This document shows, one piece after another, positions 1-13,700 of a stretch of DNA of 64,000 bases (position 1 is the stretch's first letter; every line of letters begins with the position of its first letter). The stretch lies in contig CDRNVI010000169.1 in the NCBI GenBank assembly GCA_977017575.1, positions 1 through 64,000 of the forward strand, in the 5' to 3' direction. The notes under the pieces were generated by a model. It made no database searches. It was given only the letters and a program-made list of their open reading frames with translations, and was not told where the DNA came from. The position numbers and the translations under genes were made by a program. The stretch comes from Paramoeba atlantica (taxonomy: Eukaryota; Protista; Discosea).

Positions 1-350
1 TAACTTTACAAGTACGCTCACTGACTTTTCTGTGTTTTCAAAAAATCAATTTTTTTCCTTCGATAAAAAAAGAGAGAAAAAGAGTAAAATTAAATTACAA
101 AACGAACCTTTCAGATCAAAGGAAGCAGTTTTAGGATCAACTTTTTTAATAAATATTTCAACAACCACTCGTTTCTCTGTTTGATACCAATCATGTCGAT
201 ACTTCTTTGTTACAACAGCGGATGTTGTTTCAGTGGCCGGAGGAGAGGTAGTAGGAGAGGGGGTTGTTGAGGGAGAAGGTTCTTCTTTTGGTGTGAGAGA
301 AGCTGAAATGACTTCTTTTTCTTTTTCTACTTCTACTTTTTCTTTCTCTG

Positions 351-381
<31 letters not shown>

Positions 382-1069
382 CTCTTCTTGAAGTTCTGCA
401 TCACATTTTCGGATCCAGGTCTAGGAAAACTTGTTGAGGAATCGAACAAGGAAAAGAAAGAGTATTAGTTCCAACCTGAATTTGAGAAGAAGGATTTGAA
501 GTGGTTTGTTGAGCTTTCAGAAAAGCTTCTTTTGCAGCCTTTTAAAAAAACAAGATTTAATCAAAGAACAAAACCAAAAAAAAAAGAGGCTGCAAAAGAA
601 AATAAGAGTACTTCATATTCTTCCAATGCAAAACAAGCCATTCCCTTTCTTTGGTATGCAATGGCGCTTGTTGGGTCCTTGGCAATAGCTGTTGAAGCAT
701 CACCCACCGCCTCTAATCAAATCTTGTGAGATACTGTTTGATTGTCATCGAAAGGATGTTGTGACAGGCTGTCGAGGTTGTGGGGGGGGGAGGTTTGAGA
801 TGTTCAAAAAAGAAAAGAAACCAGTAAAATTTTTAAGTTTGAAATGAGTAAAAGATCGTTTGGTAAAATAATCAGGAGGGCAATCCTCTCCTGCAAGCTC
901 AATTGCTTCGAAGAAAACAATTTCAAAAAAAAAGTCCACAAAAAAGTCAAAGAAAAACTTGCGTTTGGAAAGAGAAATAATTGAAACCTTTTGAATAATG
1001 ACTCAAAGCATCTTCAAAACATTCATCAACAAAAAGACTGTTGGCTGTTGAAAAACTTTCCATTGCCAT
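1..1069 (-). CDS. SGT1: SGT1 co-chaperone (TPR + CS domain), multi-exon, 3' part runs off the window
   Basis: Spliced translation MAMESFSTANSLFVDECFEDALSHYSK|AIELAG...EAVGDASTAIAKDPTSAIAYQRKGMACFALEEYE|AAKEAF...|TWIRKCDAEL...KKYRHDWYQTEKRVVVEIFIKK matches the SGT1 TPR domain and the CS-domain RHxWYQT motif. Introns are GT-AG. Confidence 0.9.
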
Positions 1070-1398
1070 ATTTCCAAAAGATGTTCACAAAACACACAAA
1101 AGAACAGAAACAAAAATTGTTCGCCAAACAGAATTCGAGACATTTTTCCGAGAATCGGAAAACTCGTTTCACAAACTTTTTTGGGTCTCAAAAAAAAAAG
1201 AAAAGAATCTGATCTCCTGAGTTCCTGAGTTCCTGAAAACAAAAAAGCCCCCTCATCCAAAAAATATTTGTCCCTCTTTTTTCTTTGTCTTGAATTTTTT
1301 TTTGATTTTTTTCTTTTCCTTTTCTTGTTCTTTTTCTGGTTTGGGAATTTTCTCGGACAAGAGAAAACCGCGTGAACGGTGTTTTTCATATTTTTCTG

Positions 1399-2193
1399 AT
1401 GGGAACAACCCTCGCTCGATATCAATCTCCCATCCTTGACAAATTGAGACCAGCGTATTGGCTTGGAGCTCTTCATGGTCTCAATTATGCTTGTGTAGAC
1501 TGGACAACACCAATCCCTCTCAGAGAAGTGATCAGTTTTTTAGAAAGTGAACTCCCGAATTATGGTTTCCGAGTCGTCGAAAGTTCACCCAATAACGCTT
1601 CGTTTCCATTTCAGCATCAGATCCGAGCTTATTACTTAACTCCTGGTTTAAAATGGCTGGATGTGATCGAAATTGATTTTCTTGAATCATCTTCTCGGGA
1701 AAGTTCATTTGAAGGGGGGAGCTGGCCGCAACACCAACACCCTTCCAAAAACACAACATACGCTCGAGCTCTTTCAGTCTCTACTTCAGTAGTCCCTGCT
1801 TCAATCCCTCTTGCCCCACTTTTTGCAGTTCTCTTAGCTTGGCTCCCTTTCTTTGATCACGGGGCGAATCTCCGCCATTTGTCAGATATTGAAGAGCTCC
1901 TCGCTTCCACTTCAACTGCTTCTGCCCCTCTCCAGCGTACTTTAGTTCATCCAGGAGCAAAACTTACTCTTCTTTCCACTTCAGTTGTAACCATTGTCTT
2001 CTTAATGACTCTTTGTCTTACATTCCTCAATATTTTTACGAACCCTCACCCCGTTCTCAATATTATTGTCACTGTCTTTTGTTCTATTTTAACTGTTTTG
2101 ACGTTTTTAACCTATTTTAACGCTTTGATGGTGTGTATGCAAGAGAAAAATGAAGGCTCGAGCAGAACATATACGACTTATGATATGTATTGA
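1399..2193 (+). CDS. DUF1499-like protein with C-terminal two-TM hairpin, intronless
   Basis: Open ORF. YYLTPGLKWLDVIEIDF and FFDHGANLRHL resemble the DUF1499 D-x-E-F and D-x-G-x-N motifs. Two hydrophobic segments lie near the C-terminus. Confidence 0.45.
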   Translation: MGTTLARYQSPILDKLRPAYWLGALHGLNYACVDWTTPIPLREVISFLESELPNYGFRVVESSPNNASFPFQHQIRAYYLTPGLKWLDVIEIDFLESSSRESSFEGGSWPQHQHPSKNTTYARALSVSTSVVPASIPLAPLFAVLLAWLPFFDHGANLRHLSDIEELLASTSTASAPLQRTLVHPGAKLTLLSTSVVTIVFLMTLCLTFLNIFTNPHPVLNIIVTVFCSILTVLTFLTYFNALMVCMQEKNEGSSRTYTTYDMY

Positions 2194-2349
2194 CGAAAGA
2201 GAATATTTAAAACCTCACAAAAAAAAAAAGAGAATACAAAAGATGAGAAAAAAAAAAATTATCTCAAACATATAAATTTTATTTTTGTTCAATTCCCTTC
2301 TTCTCTTTTTCCCCCTCCTCTCACTCTCCTATTTTCCTCCTCCCCTTCA

Positions 2350-5300
2350 CTACATAGGAGGAGGAGGGTCTTTTTTTGGAGGAGGTGGTCTCGCCATACC
2401 ACCTCGAGCAAGAGGGCTAACAGGTCGGGGGGGACCCCCTCTCATTACTCCACCTCTCACCATTCCCCCACCTCCTCCTCTCACCATTCCTCCCACCCCT
2501 CTCCCAGCTCCTGGGGGTGGACGCGCATTTCCACGAGGGCTCGTTGGGCCACCTCTCCCTCTGAATGGCGCACCTCCTGGTAATGGCACACCTCCTAGTG
2601 GTTGTGCACCTCCTGGGGGTGGTGCAGCTCCTGGTGGCGGTGCAACTCCTGGGGGTGGTGCAGCTCCTGGTCCTCCACCTCTTGACCGGGGTGATCCTGC
2701 TGGTGGAGGTACGCTCCCTGGAGGTGGAATGCTTCCAGGGAGGGGTGCTGCCAGTGGTGGTGGTCCACCTCTTCGTGGGGATCCTGCTGGTGGTGATGTT
2801 GGTGATGAGAATGGTGGTGGTACACCTCGTGGTGATCCTGTTGAACCTGCTACCGGTCCTGGAAGTGGGCCTCCTAATAGTGGAGGAACTGAAGCAGGAG
2901 GAGGAGGGAGAACAGCAGCCATTGGGGATACTGATCCAACCTTAGCTCCTCCCCGAGGAGGTGGTGGGGCCACAGCTCTTGCATAAGCCCCGGCAACATC
3001 GTTCTTTTGATCCATGGAATTAGCCCTGGATAATGGGACTGGTGTGGGAGGAAAACCTCCTGTTGAAAGGGAGAGTTGAGGAGAAAAGCCAGGACGTGCC
3101 CCCTATTTGAAATTCATTTTTGGATGAGAGAAAAAGGAAATTTAAGTTCGTTCATGATGAAAAATTGTTGTTCAAAAAAGAAAAGAAAGAAAACCAGTTG
3201 TGGTCCTCCTCCTCGACGAGAACCAAGAGAAACACTCCCACGAGTCGGTTTTGCGCTTGCAAAACTTGTTGTTGCTGCTTTAAACGTATGCCCAGAAGAT
3301 TGCGCAAATGAAGATGAAGGAGATTGTGCAGATGGTGATGGCGATGATGACGGTGAAGGAGGAGAAAATTTTGAAGGAACAGCTAAGTAGGTCCGTGGGC
3401 CGTCAGGGATTGTGTGTGCTTGCTGGAGATAGGCTGGGACAGTCGTAGGATTACGAGTCAGAGCCAAAACAGATCCGTATTCTCGAGTAAATCGTCTTTG
3501 GAGGGTGTAGGCTTGTGAATGTGTTACAAAAGAACGACCTCTATCACTTAAGTGCCAGGAAAATGATTCGCTGTGCGTGATGATGACGATGAGAGGCAGA
3601 AGAGAAAGAGAGAAAATTGGAGAAAAAAAAAGTCAAGAGAAAAAACCTGCTGCAATCATCGACAGCGGTTGTAGTAGCAGGTGTCAATTCAAACGACCCA
3701 AAATCAATCTTCCCTCCCATCCTGAAGCTCATGTGTAAAAATCAAAAAGGAAAAAAAGAGAGGAAAAAATAACAGCAAGGAACAAGGAAAAAATAACAGC
3801 AAGGAACAAGAAAAAAAAAAAAGACGAACGTGAGAAAAGACTGGGTGAGAGAAGCAAGCACATTCATAACATCAGGAGATCCCAAATTACGAAAAATTGG
3901 TGCAAAACTTGACATGGACTTACTCAAAAATTCAGGAGATACGCCTCTCATTTGAGACAACAACTCTTTCATCAAAATTAAAATGTGCTTCTTGTACTCC
4001 CTGAAGGTATTTTGTCAATGAAAAAAGGAAGAAAAAAAAAGCATTCATTAAAAAAAAATACAAAACTGATCGCTATCAACATAGAAATCTCTCAGCAAAC
4101 CAAACACAAGAAAATCTCTTCCAGGCAAAAAAGAAGAAATAATTCCATCTGCAAAACTTTTCACAAATTCATCAACAAGTGGGACCTTCCCTTCTTCTGA
4201 AGCAAGGTCTTTTTGGAGAATTCTTGCAACAGAGTTGTGTCCTGAGCCTTGGCAAAGAGCTGCCACTATCGCTGCCTGTTGGGTTGATTGTGAGGAGAAA
4301 GAAAAAGATAAAGAAACAATTAAAGAAAAGGAAAAGAAGATGGTAAAATAAAAAACAAACTCTTCTACGCAAATCTCTGAGAGTTTTGGGGTTGACTTTG
4401 CTTTGCATTGACGCAATTGTCGCTACCTCTCTGGTGTTAATTTATTTTTTAGAAAAGTACTCAAAAAGAAATACTCAAAAAAACAATCACAACATTTCCT
4501 CCAACTATCGGGTACAAATACAGAAAAAAGAACGTACTTTACAAAATAGGGAGCATAAGCAGCAACAGAAAGAGCACTATAGTGTTCTTTACCATGCAGA
4601 ATTGGATGAATAGGAGACGCCAAAATTACATCCAATAATTCTCTCGCAACTTGTTCTGTTACGGGTGAAGATAACCCCTTAAAAAAACGGTTGTTAATCA
4701 TATAAAATGAAAATAAAAAGAAAAAGAAATCAAAAACCTTAACAACCAAAGGGAGAACACCACTGAAACGAGGGAACCAAGAAGATGAATCATCAGGAAC
4801 TGTAGCCTCCAAAGATTTCACTCTCTTTTTTGCTCTTTCATTTGTCAACCCAAATTTGTTCAAAACAGACTATTTATGTTTTTTTTAGAAAGGAACAAAA
4901 AAGAAATCAACAAAAAGAGTTGATTCCAACAGTTTTTCAAAAAAAAACAAGAAAAAGAAAAGAAAAGAAAAACCTTTAACAAAACATAACCACAAAACAG
5001 TTCATGCTCAATCTCAGTATACAAAACGGCGACACTACACCAAAACAGCTCAGGATAAGCATCAATTCCCTCTTGTCCAGGCTTGCTTCCTCCATCGTCA
5101 TAAAAGAGCCCCAAAACTGTTATATATCCAAAATAATAGCAAAAGAGGGAGAGAGAATCAGAGATGGAAAAGAAGGAAAGGGAAGAAAAGAAGAAGGAAA
5201 AGAAGGAAAAGATGAAAGAAAAGAAGAAAGAAAAAACCTTCTCGAATAGCCAACATAACCTCAATAGAAACAGTATAATCAATATCAGAACGATTTGCAA

Positions 5301-8300
5301 TGTGATTATACCAAATGCCCAACAAACAAGCGACATTTTCCCCTCTCACTTCTTTTACTAAAGCTCGAAATAATTGCAAACATCGATTGATTAAGTGATA
5401 GTTTCTATTGTGAAGATTAGATTCTGTCTTGTTTCGTTCGAGGGGCTGTCACACTTATCATACACAGAAAATAAAAGAGAGGAGGGGGGAGGGAAGGGAA
5501 AATAATAAATTAATAAATTAATAAATAAACAAAAAAAATAACCCAGTGGAAAGTCCACTCGAAAAAATAAGACTATCAATCGCAACTCGTAAAGGAAAAT
5601 CAGGTCCAACCGTCCCAGACAAAATCGAAGTTATTTTTTGAATAAAAGCTCCCAATTTTTCCCCACTTTTTAAGACCATTTGTTTTTTGGAAGCATCTTC
5701 CCATTCCCAATATGCTTTTTCTCCATTGCTCTGCATGAAAAATGATTTGTTAGAAACCCACACAATCCAATGAAATCAAAAATTAAAAATAAAAATTAAA
5801 TAAAATTAAAAATAAAAAATTAAAAATAAAAAATAAAAAATAAAAAATAAAAAATAAAAAAATAAAAAAAATAAAAAAATAAAAAAATAAAAAAATAAAA
5901 AAATAAAAAAATAAAAAAATAAAAAAATAAAAAAATAAAAAAATAAAAAAATAAAAAAATAAAAAAAAATAAAAAATAAAAAAAAATAAAAAAAAATAAA
6001 AAAATAAAAAAATAAAAAAAAATAAAAAAAATAAAAAAATAAAAAAATAAAAAAATAAAAAAATAAAAAAAAAATAAAATCAAACATGCTTATTCAAAAT
6101 ACGAATCACATCCCAAATCTCCTCCTCAGCAACCCGATGAGTCAAAGAAACCCACTGCACAAGACCAGCAACCATCCTCCCAGCAGCCTGCCACACAGAC
6201 CGATTCTTCTCATCCATTAAAATAACCGCACAAACAAGAACACGTGGCAACACTTTATGGAACGAGTTGGGTGACTCTGTTGTTAAATCAACCAAAAGGC
6301 GGAGTGCTGTGTGTTGTCGAGAGAGAGGTTGGAGAGTTTTTGCTGCAGGGAGGACTTCTTCGAATTCCCATTTGTCTGTTATGTCTACCTTTTTCTTTTT
6401 TTTTTGTTTTGTTTGTTTGTTTGTTTGGTGAGAAAGGATAAGGATTTGAGAGGAAAGGAAAAAAGAAGAAAGAAGAAAAGTGTGAAAAGGGAAGTGAGAA
6501 AAGAGAAATAATTGATTCGAGAAATTGAAAGAAATTGAAACCTCTTCTTCTTCTTGTGCTGGTTGAGCCTCCTCCTTTGAAAAGAAAAAGAGTTATTTTT
6601 TTTTTTGGTCTTTCTTCTTGTTTTCTGTATCTTTTATTTTTCTCTCTTCTTCACTTCTTACAAAAAATACTAATCAACAAACCTTTTCCTTTTCTTTTTC
6701 TTTTTCCTTTTCTTTATCTTTTTCCTTTTCCCTTTCCCTCATTGTTTTATTGCCACCACGAGGTGTGGTCTGAAAAAAAAAAAGGATATTAGAATGCCGC
6801 AAAAATAACAAACTATTCAAAACAAAAATAAAAAACGAATAAAAACGAATAAAAACGAATAAAAACGAATAAAAACGAATATAAAAACGAATAAAAAGGA
6901 ATATAAATAAAATAAATAAATAAATAAAAAATCGTACAGGGCCCGCCGTCTCCTTCCTCTGGGGCTCCCGAGCAGACAACAAAGGAGCTTTCTGCAAAGC
7001 AAACCCCCAATCAACAACCTCCTTCCCTCCCTGAGCCTCATGAGAGAACTCAGTATCAGTCAACAACGCCACCAACACATCCACTGTGTCCTGTGGTACG
7101 TGTCTCACTGCCTCTACACATCCGTTTCGGACCACATCGAAGATTTCTGAGAAAAGATTGTTAGAGGAGGGAGGGAAGGGGATGAGAAGAGAGGAGAGAG
7201 AGGAGAGAGAGGAGAGAGAGGAGAGAGGAGAGAAACGAGATGTTAAAAGGACAAAAACCTGGAGAACGATCACGAGTCGCAACGAAAACAGCATAATCAA
7301 TTAAAAACTTCAAATTATCAAAACCTGATGTTGCTGCACTCACCCAAAGTCCTTCTGTTTCTGTTTTTGGGGGTTAAGAAAGAAAGAATAAAGAAAATGC
7401 CAAAAAGAAAAAGAACAAAGAGAAAAGAGAAACCTTTTGGATATAAAGAAGAAAATTTAACACTCATAACTAAGAGATTCTCAACAATTTCGTGGCTGTC
7501 TTTTTCATCCATTGCATTTAATTGGAAATTTGCGATCCACGGCACCATCAATCTACTCAAAGATTAAAGAGAGAAAAACAAGTGAAAAAAAAAAATAGAA
7601 AAAGGAAAAGAGATATTTTGAGAAAAAGAGAAAGGAAGGGACCTGAGAATTGAATCTTTGTTCGCAATAGGAACTTCCTTCAATTTTTGAAAAGCTATTC
7701 TCCACACTTGTAAAGTCACACCTAATGCATTTGATGATTTTTTTTTCAAATAAAAAATTAAAAGTTGAAAAGAAAAGAAAACATGTCCAAAAAAAACACA
7801 CCCAAAAAATTGTTACAAAAAAAAAAGACAAAAATAAAAAAACACACACAAATAAAAACCAAAAAAAAACACACACACACACAAAAAAAAAAAAGAAAGA
7901 AAACCTTGATAATCTTTGGCAAATTGTGTGGAAATTTGGAGCTGAAAGGCTTTATAGGAACTTGATGTTTTTGAATTTACTCCTGCTATGTAATGCCGAG
8001 ATAAGATTTGTGCATTTGACATTGCCCTGATTGCTAAGAGCGCCTGTGGAGAGTGAGAGAAAGAAAGAGAATGAAAAGGAAAAAACGATGAACAAAGAAA
8101 AAGAAACAAAAATGAATGAATGAACAAAAAAAAAAGATGTTTTTTTAATCACTGGCGAGTGATTTTATAAAATGAATAAATCAGTTTTAAAACCTGTTCA
8201 CGATGTTCGCTGTGAGCATGACCAAGTTTGTACAAAACCAAAGGAAAAAGAATATGAAGGGGAAGATCTTTCTCCATGTTCTTTTTCATCTATTTTATTT

Positions 8301-10672
8301 TTATCAGAAAAAATACAAGATTAAGAAATAAGGACCAACAAAATAGGAAACAGGAAACAAGAAACAAGAAAACAAATGAACAAATGGACAAAATAAAATA
8401 AATAACAAAAAAGCAACAAAGCAAAAAAGCAAAACAAAAAAAAAGAGAAAAAAAGAAAAAAAGAAAAAAAAGAAAGAAAAAAACCTCAAAAAAACGAAGA
8501 AGAATACGAAAATGACCAAGAGCAACACTGGCACGCTCATCATAAATTTTACCAAGACAAGCAATAACAATTTCACTCAAATCTTTGGCTGTCAAATGTC
8601 GAAATAAATCTGTTGATAATCGAAATGTCACCGAAATGTATTCGTCTTTTCCCTGTTTTTGATTTTGTTTTATTAGAAAGTGATTTTTTCAGTTTGCTTT
8701 TTTTTTTGTTAAATTTCTATTTTCTTTTTCTTATTTTCAAAAAAGAAATAAATACAAAAAAAAAAGAAATAAATACAAAAAACAATAAAAAAACAACAAC
8801 AAAAACAACAACAAAAACAAAAACAAAAACAATAATAAAAAAACCTCATGAAGTAAAGAAGGAAGAATGGCCAAAAAAGGAGCAACATAAGATTCTGGGG
8901 TGGTCTCAAGACGAAGAAGAGGCACCAAAGCATTAAACGCAGCGCTCACAACAATCTCTTTCAATTCTTCTGGTGACTTTTTATAGAAAAGTGATCAGAA
9001 AGAGAGAGAGGAGAGGGAGAGAGGAGAGGGAGAGAGGAGAGGGAGAGAGGAGAGGGAGAGGAGAGAGAGGAAGAAGTGAAAAGGATAGAGAAGGGAGGAG
9101 GGGAAAAGAAAATGGAAAAAAATGGAAAAAAAAAACCTTTTGGGTATCAGCCTTGTGGTGAACTTCTTTTCGAGCATTGAAAGCAACAAGATCTATTTTT
9201 GAAAAAAAAGAATGAAAAAAAAGAAAAAGAAAAAGAGAAAAAGAAGAAAAAGAAAAAAGAAAATCGGGAAGAAAAAAGAACAAACCACTTCCAAGGATCT
9301 CTTTTCCTTTTGGGCTAAAGAAAGTAGCGTCGAGTAAAAATACAAAGCAGGCTTCGTGTACCTATTCCCCCATGAGAAAAGGGAAGAATAAAAAGAAAAG
9401 AGAAAGAAAAGAAAGAAAAGAAAGAAAAAAAAACACAAGAGAAAGAACAACAAAAAAAAAAAAACAAAGAATAAAAAAAAAAAATTATTTTCTAAAAACA
9501 ACAATCCAAAAAAAAAAAAAAAAAAAAAACCTCAGTGCCCAAAATAGTCTGAGTATCAAAACCAATGGGAGCTAATTTAGCCATAGCATTAATCTCAGTC
9601 GCCAAATCTTCCATCAAACAACATAAATTATATCTTGTTCGATATGCTAGATATAAATCTTCGTTTGGTGATAATTTGAGTGTTTCTGGTACTGCGAATC
9701 TGTGTTGTTGTTTGTTTTTTTTTGTTGGGGGTGAGAAGAAAAAGAATAGAAAAAGGAAAGAAAAAGAAAAGAAAGAAGGAGAAAGAAGGAGAAAGAAGGA
9801 GAAAGAAGAAGAAAGAAGAAGAAAAAAAAACTTGCGAAGATGGGCCAAAATCTTTTCCCTAGTGCCTTTAAAGGCAGAAGCCAACAAAACTTTTTTGCCA
9901 ATCATATTATGAGACAACACTCTCCACACATATGACAACACATAAGTTGTAAACTGATGATCTGGTGTCTTTTTCAAACCTATTCCCCCACTCTCAAAAA
10001 AAAAAGAAAAGAAAAGAAAAGAGAAAGAAAAAAAAAAAATAAAGAAAAAAAAAATAAAGAAAAAAAAATAAAGAAAAAAAAATAAAAAATAAAGAAAAAA
10101 AAATAAAGAAAAAAAAAATGAAAAGAAATAAAGGACCAATTCTCTTAGCAAGACTAGCAGGAGACTCAGTCAACTCAACAAGATGATCAACAGCAGCCAA
10201 AAACATTCCCTTTGGAAGAAAAGAGACAGCCGTCTCTGCCATTAACCTAATATCCCCCAAAAAAAAAAAAACCACATTAATAAATAAAACCAAAAAAGGA
10301 AAAATCGTTTTGTGACACAAAACACAAAAAATCGAATCTCCCACACATCCACAAAAAACAACCAAAAAAAACATCTTCATCCCCCCTCAAAAAAAAAAAG
10401 AAAAAAAAAGAAAAAAAAAGAAAAAAAAAAGAAAAGAAAAGAAAAAAAAAAAAGAAAAGAAAAAAAAAAAAGAAAAGAAAAAATAAAATAAATATAACCT
10501 GACAAATTTAACCTCACTAAACAAACAACCCCACAAAAAGTCCATCAATTTGGCTTTATTTCCTTCTTCTTCTTCATCATCTATCACCCCAGAAGTAGAA
10601 ACCATGGCACAAAGATAAGATGACCAAATGGCTCTCAGAACTTTATCTTCTGTTGTTTTTTCTGGTCCTGTT

Positions 10673-10707
<35 letters not shown>

Positions 10708-13700
10708 TTATTGCAAAATGATTTTGGGATCTTGGTTTGAATTGGAAGAGGGAAAGAGGAAAAAAGAAAGAGGGAGAGGAAATGGAGGATAAATACCTTT
10801 GGCAGATTCAATTTGAGGAAAAGTTGAAATACAGAACTTCAACAACCGTGGAAAGGACTCTGTAATGAGAGAGTAAGGAAAAAGGAAAAAGAAACAAAAA
10901 AAAAGAAAACAAAACATCACAACAACAAGAAAATGACAAACACAAAAACCAAAATAATCACAAAAAAAAAAGAAAAAAGAAAGAAAAAAGAAAAAAAAAA
11001 AGAAAAAAAAAAAGAAAAAAAAAAGAACCACTAAAAGTAAGAGAATTGCGATCAACAGCAGCAGAGAAAAACTCTCCAACAAAACGGCTCCACAAACGAG
11101 GATCCGCACAATTTAAAGTAAATTCATAAATTGCGCTATTTGAACTATCCAGTTCAGGTGTTTCTTCTTGTTTTCCTGGTTCCTTTGCTTCTCCCGCACT
11201 GTTTTTGTGGAAAAAATAAAAGAAATCAAAAGAAAGAAAATTAAAGAGCAAAGAGAAGCGGAAAAGAAAGAGGAAAAGAAAAGAAAAACCTGGAACTGTG
11301 AGCAGTAACCAACATAGCACGATCCTCTTCCGCCTTCTTTAAAATAGTATCTTGGTCCTCATCCATCACACACATCAACCAGCCAGAAGAAGATTCAGAA
11401 CTTTCTTCTTCCCCTGAGACCATGGCAATTGTTTTGGCTAATTTGTAAAGCCTTCCAAAACAACGAATTGATGCCAACCGAACCCCTACATCTCTGTTCA
11501 TAGAATAAAGGGGAAAGAAAAGAAGATAAAAAAGGGAAATGAGAATAAAAGAGAAAGAAAGAGATGAAAGAGCAACAAACGCATGACAAAGAAGAGGGAC
11601 AACGAGAGGCTCAAAAGTTGATGGTTTGAATTCCAGAGGAGAGTCCACTGTCAAGATTTGTTAATTCCTCTCTTAATTTTTTTTTCTTCTCTTTTTCTTC
11701 TTTTCTTTTTTTTTCCTTTTGGAATCATTGCAAAAAAAAAAAAAAACTGTGGTTCTCTCCTGATAAAAGAGCTTTGCGTGCTTTACGGTTTCCAGCCTGA
11801 TTCGTTCAATAAGCAACTCAGATTTTTTTTCTTTCTCCTTCTTTCTTTCACCTTTTTTCTTTTTCTCCTGAAAACAATAATAATAATAAAAAAAGGTGAC
11901 CTTATCCTCATCAATCCAAAGAGATATCATCTCAGAAGCACAGTTCAAAATCGAGGCTTGATACTTTGGCTTAGATAAGGGAGCATCACTCGCCAATTGT
12001 AACAATGATCGGATTCCCAGAACACGCAACTCTTTTTTTTTTTTTGAAAAAAGGGGTTAAACTTAAATTCATTATTTCTTCTTCTTTCTTTCTTTTCTTC
12101 ATTTTGATCGATTTATTTTGAAGGTAAAAAGTTGATTGATTCTTTTCTTCATTCTCTCTCTTCTTCCTTCTCTCAAAAAACGAAAAATAATAATACCAGG
12201 GTAATTCTGAATCGCTGATACGAGGGTCTTTTGAGCTTCTTTTCTCAACAGGGGATGAGAGTGTTCACTATATTTCGCCAACATACCAAACCATATCTCA
12301 CGATCCATATGAACTGGTACACATAACCGACAACCATACATCAACACTGACATGACATGACAGAGTTGTGAGTCAACCCCCTGTTTGATCTTATTGTCAG
12401 AATCTCTTTTCTCTCAAAAAGATAGAGAGTGAGGAATTAAAAAAAAAAAAATGAAAACAAAAAACCTTTCCCTCACTTGCAGAGAGGGCTTGGCGATATT
12501 GGTCAAGAGCACCAGATAAAATTTGATTAAATTTGCTGACTCGAAGAACCGCATTGGTCACCCACGCTGGCATTTGCAAAAAAGGCTTTGTCATTTCTTT
12601 TCTCTGTTGATAGAGTGAGTTTTTTAAAGACAAAAGAGCACACCCAATCCACACCCAACAAATTGGGCCCAAATTCATGGTCCAAAAAAACAATATCAAT
12701 GAATACCTGGACAGCAACAAACTCAAACTCATCAGGAGCGGCGGGAGGAGCCCCCACAATCGGACCAATATTTTCCATTCCAAAAGAATCACGTGGCCCA
12801 GTAAATTCTCCTTCTCCTCCTTCAGGGACACGATCCCAAACTTTCAAAAAAGACAAGATACCCATCATCAGACAATCAACTGATGTTTGTCCCTCTGAAC
12901 ATGGGAGGACAATATCTGTCAAAATAGCTGGATCTCCAGTTACAAGAACCGAGACAATGTCTTGCAAGAAAAATATTAAAAATTATTTTAAATAATGAAT
13001 TAAAAGAAAGAAAAAGAAATTCAATGCAACTGAAATTTCAGAGAAAATAAAAAACCTGCAACAATATCAATAGCAGAGGGGTGAGAAGAGATTTTTTCTT
13101 TTTGTAAAACAAGAGAAGACCCAAGAGGAACCAAGATAACAGTCTTAATATCATCACTCGACATCGTCTTTGCGATTGCAACACAAACACGAAATATCCC
13201 TTCAAGAGCGAGGCATCGTGTTGAGGACGCTTTCACTATCAAGAAAAAAAAACATTACATTCATAAAATAATCTTCATCAAAACAAAGCTCAAAACAAGT
13301 CGCACTCCCCCACATTTCAATTTTCAACAAACAAAGAAGAGAACTAACAAACTAAACTACAAGAGAGACAAACCAGATGAGAATAATTGAGAAAGACTTT
13401 GGACTAAATTTTGTTTAAATTTGTCAACAGAAGAGGGTCCACCTCCTTTAATTCGAGCTGCAGCTATCACAGCCAATAAAAACCCTGATTCCATCGATTT
13501 GTGTTTTTTGTGCTGTATTTTTTCGGTTTAATTTTAAGTTTTTTTTCATTCCCCATCCTCCCTCTATCTTCCTTTCTTTCCACTTAGAGACTGATTGAAG
13601 TTAAAAAGAACAAAAAGAAACCTGGGCCATCATCTTTTCTTGGAAATCAGCCAAAATTGAATCCCAACGAGGAGCACAGGATGGCTCAACAGTCTCTGAC

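Noticed and set aside
1146-1154. TTCCGAGAA STAT-like site (second copy at 39464-39472)
   Set aside because: Two 9-mers in 64 kb are compatible with chance.
2285-2986. 233-aa plus-strand Gly/Pro ORF and other antisense ORFs (22958-23578, 23119-23904, 39863-40396, 46346-46978)
   Set aside because: They are mirror frames of low-complexity coding repeats on the opposite strand or in another frame.
5806-6087. Phe/Ile/Tyr-rich 'membrane' ORFs (also 9193-10600, 53932-54907)
   Set aside because: These are translations of intronic T/A microsatellites.
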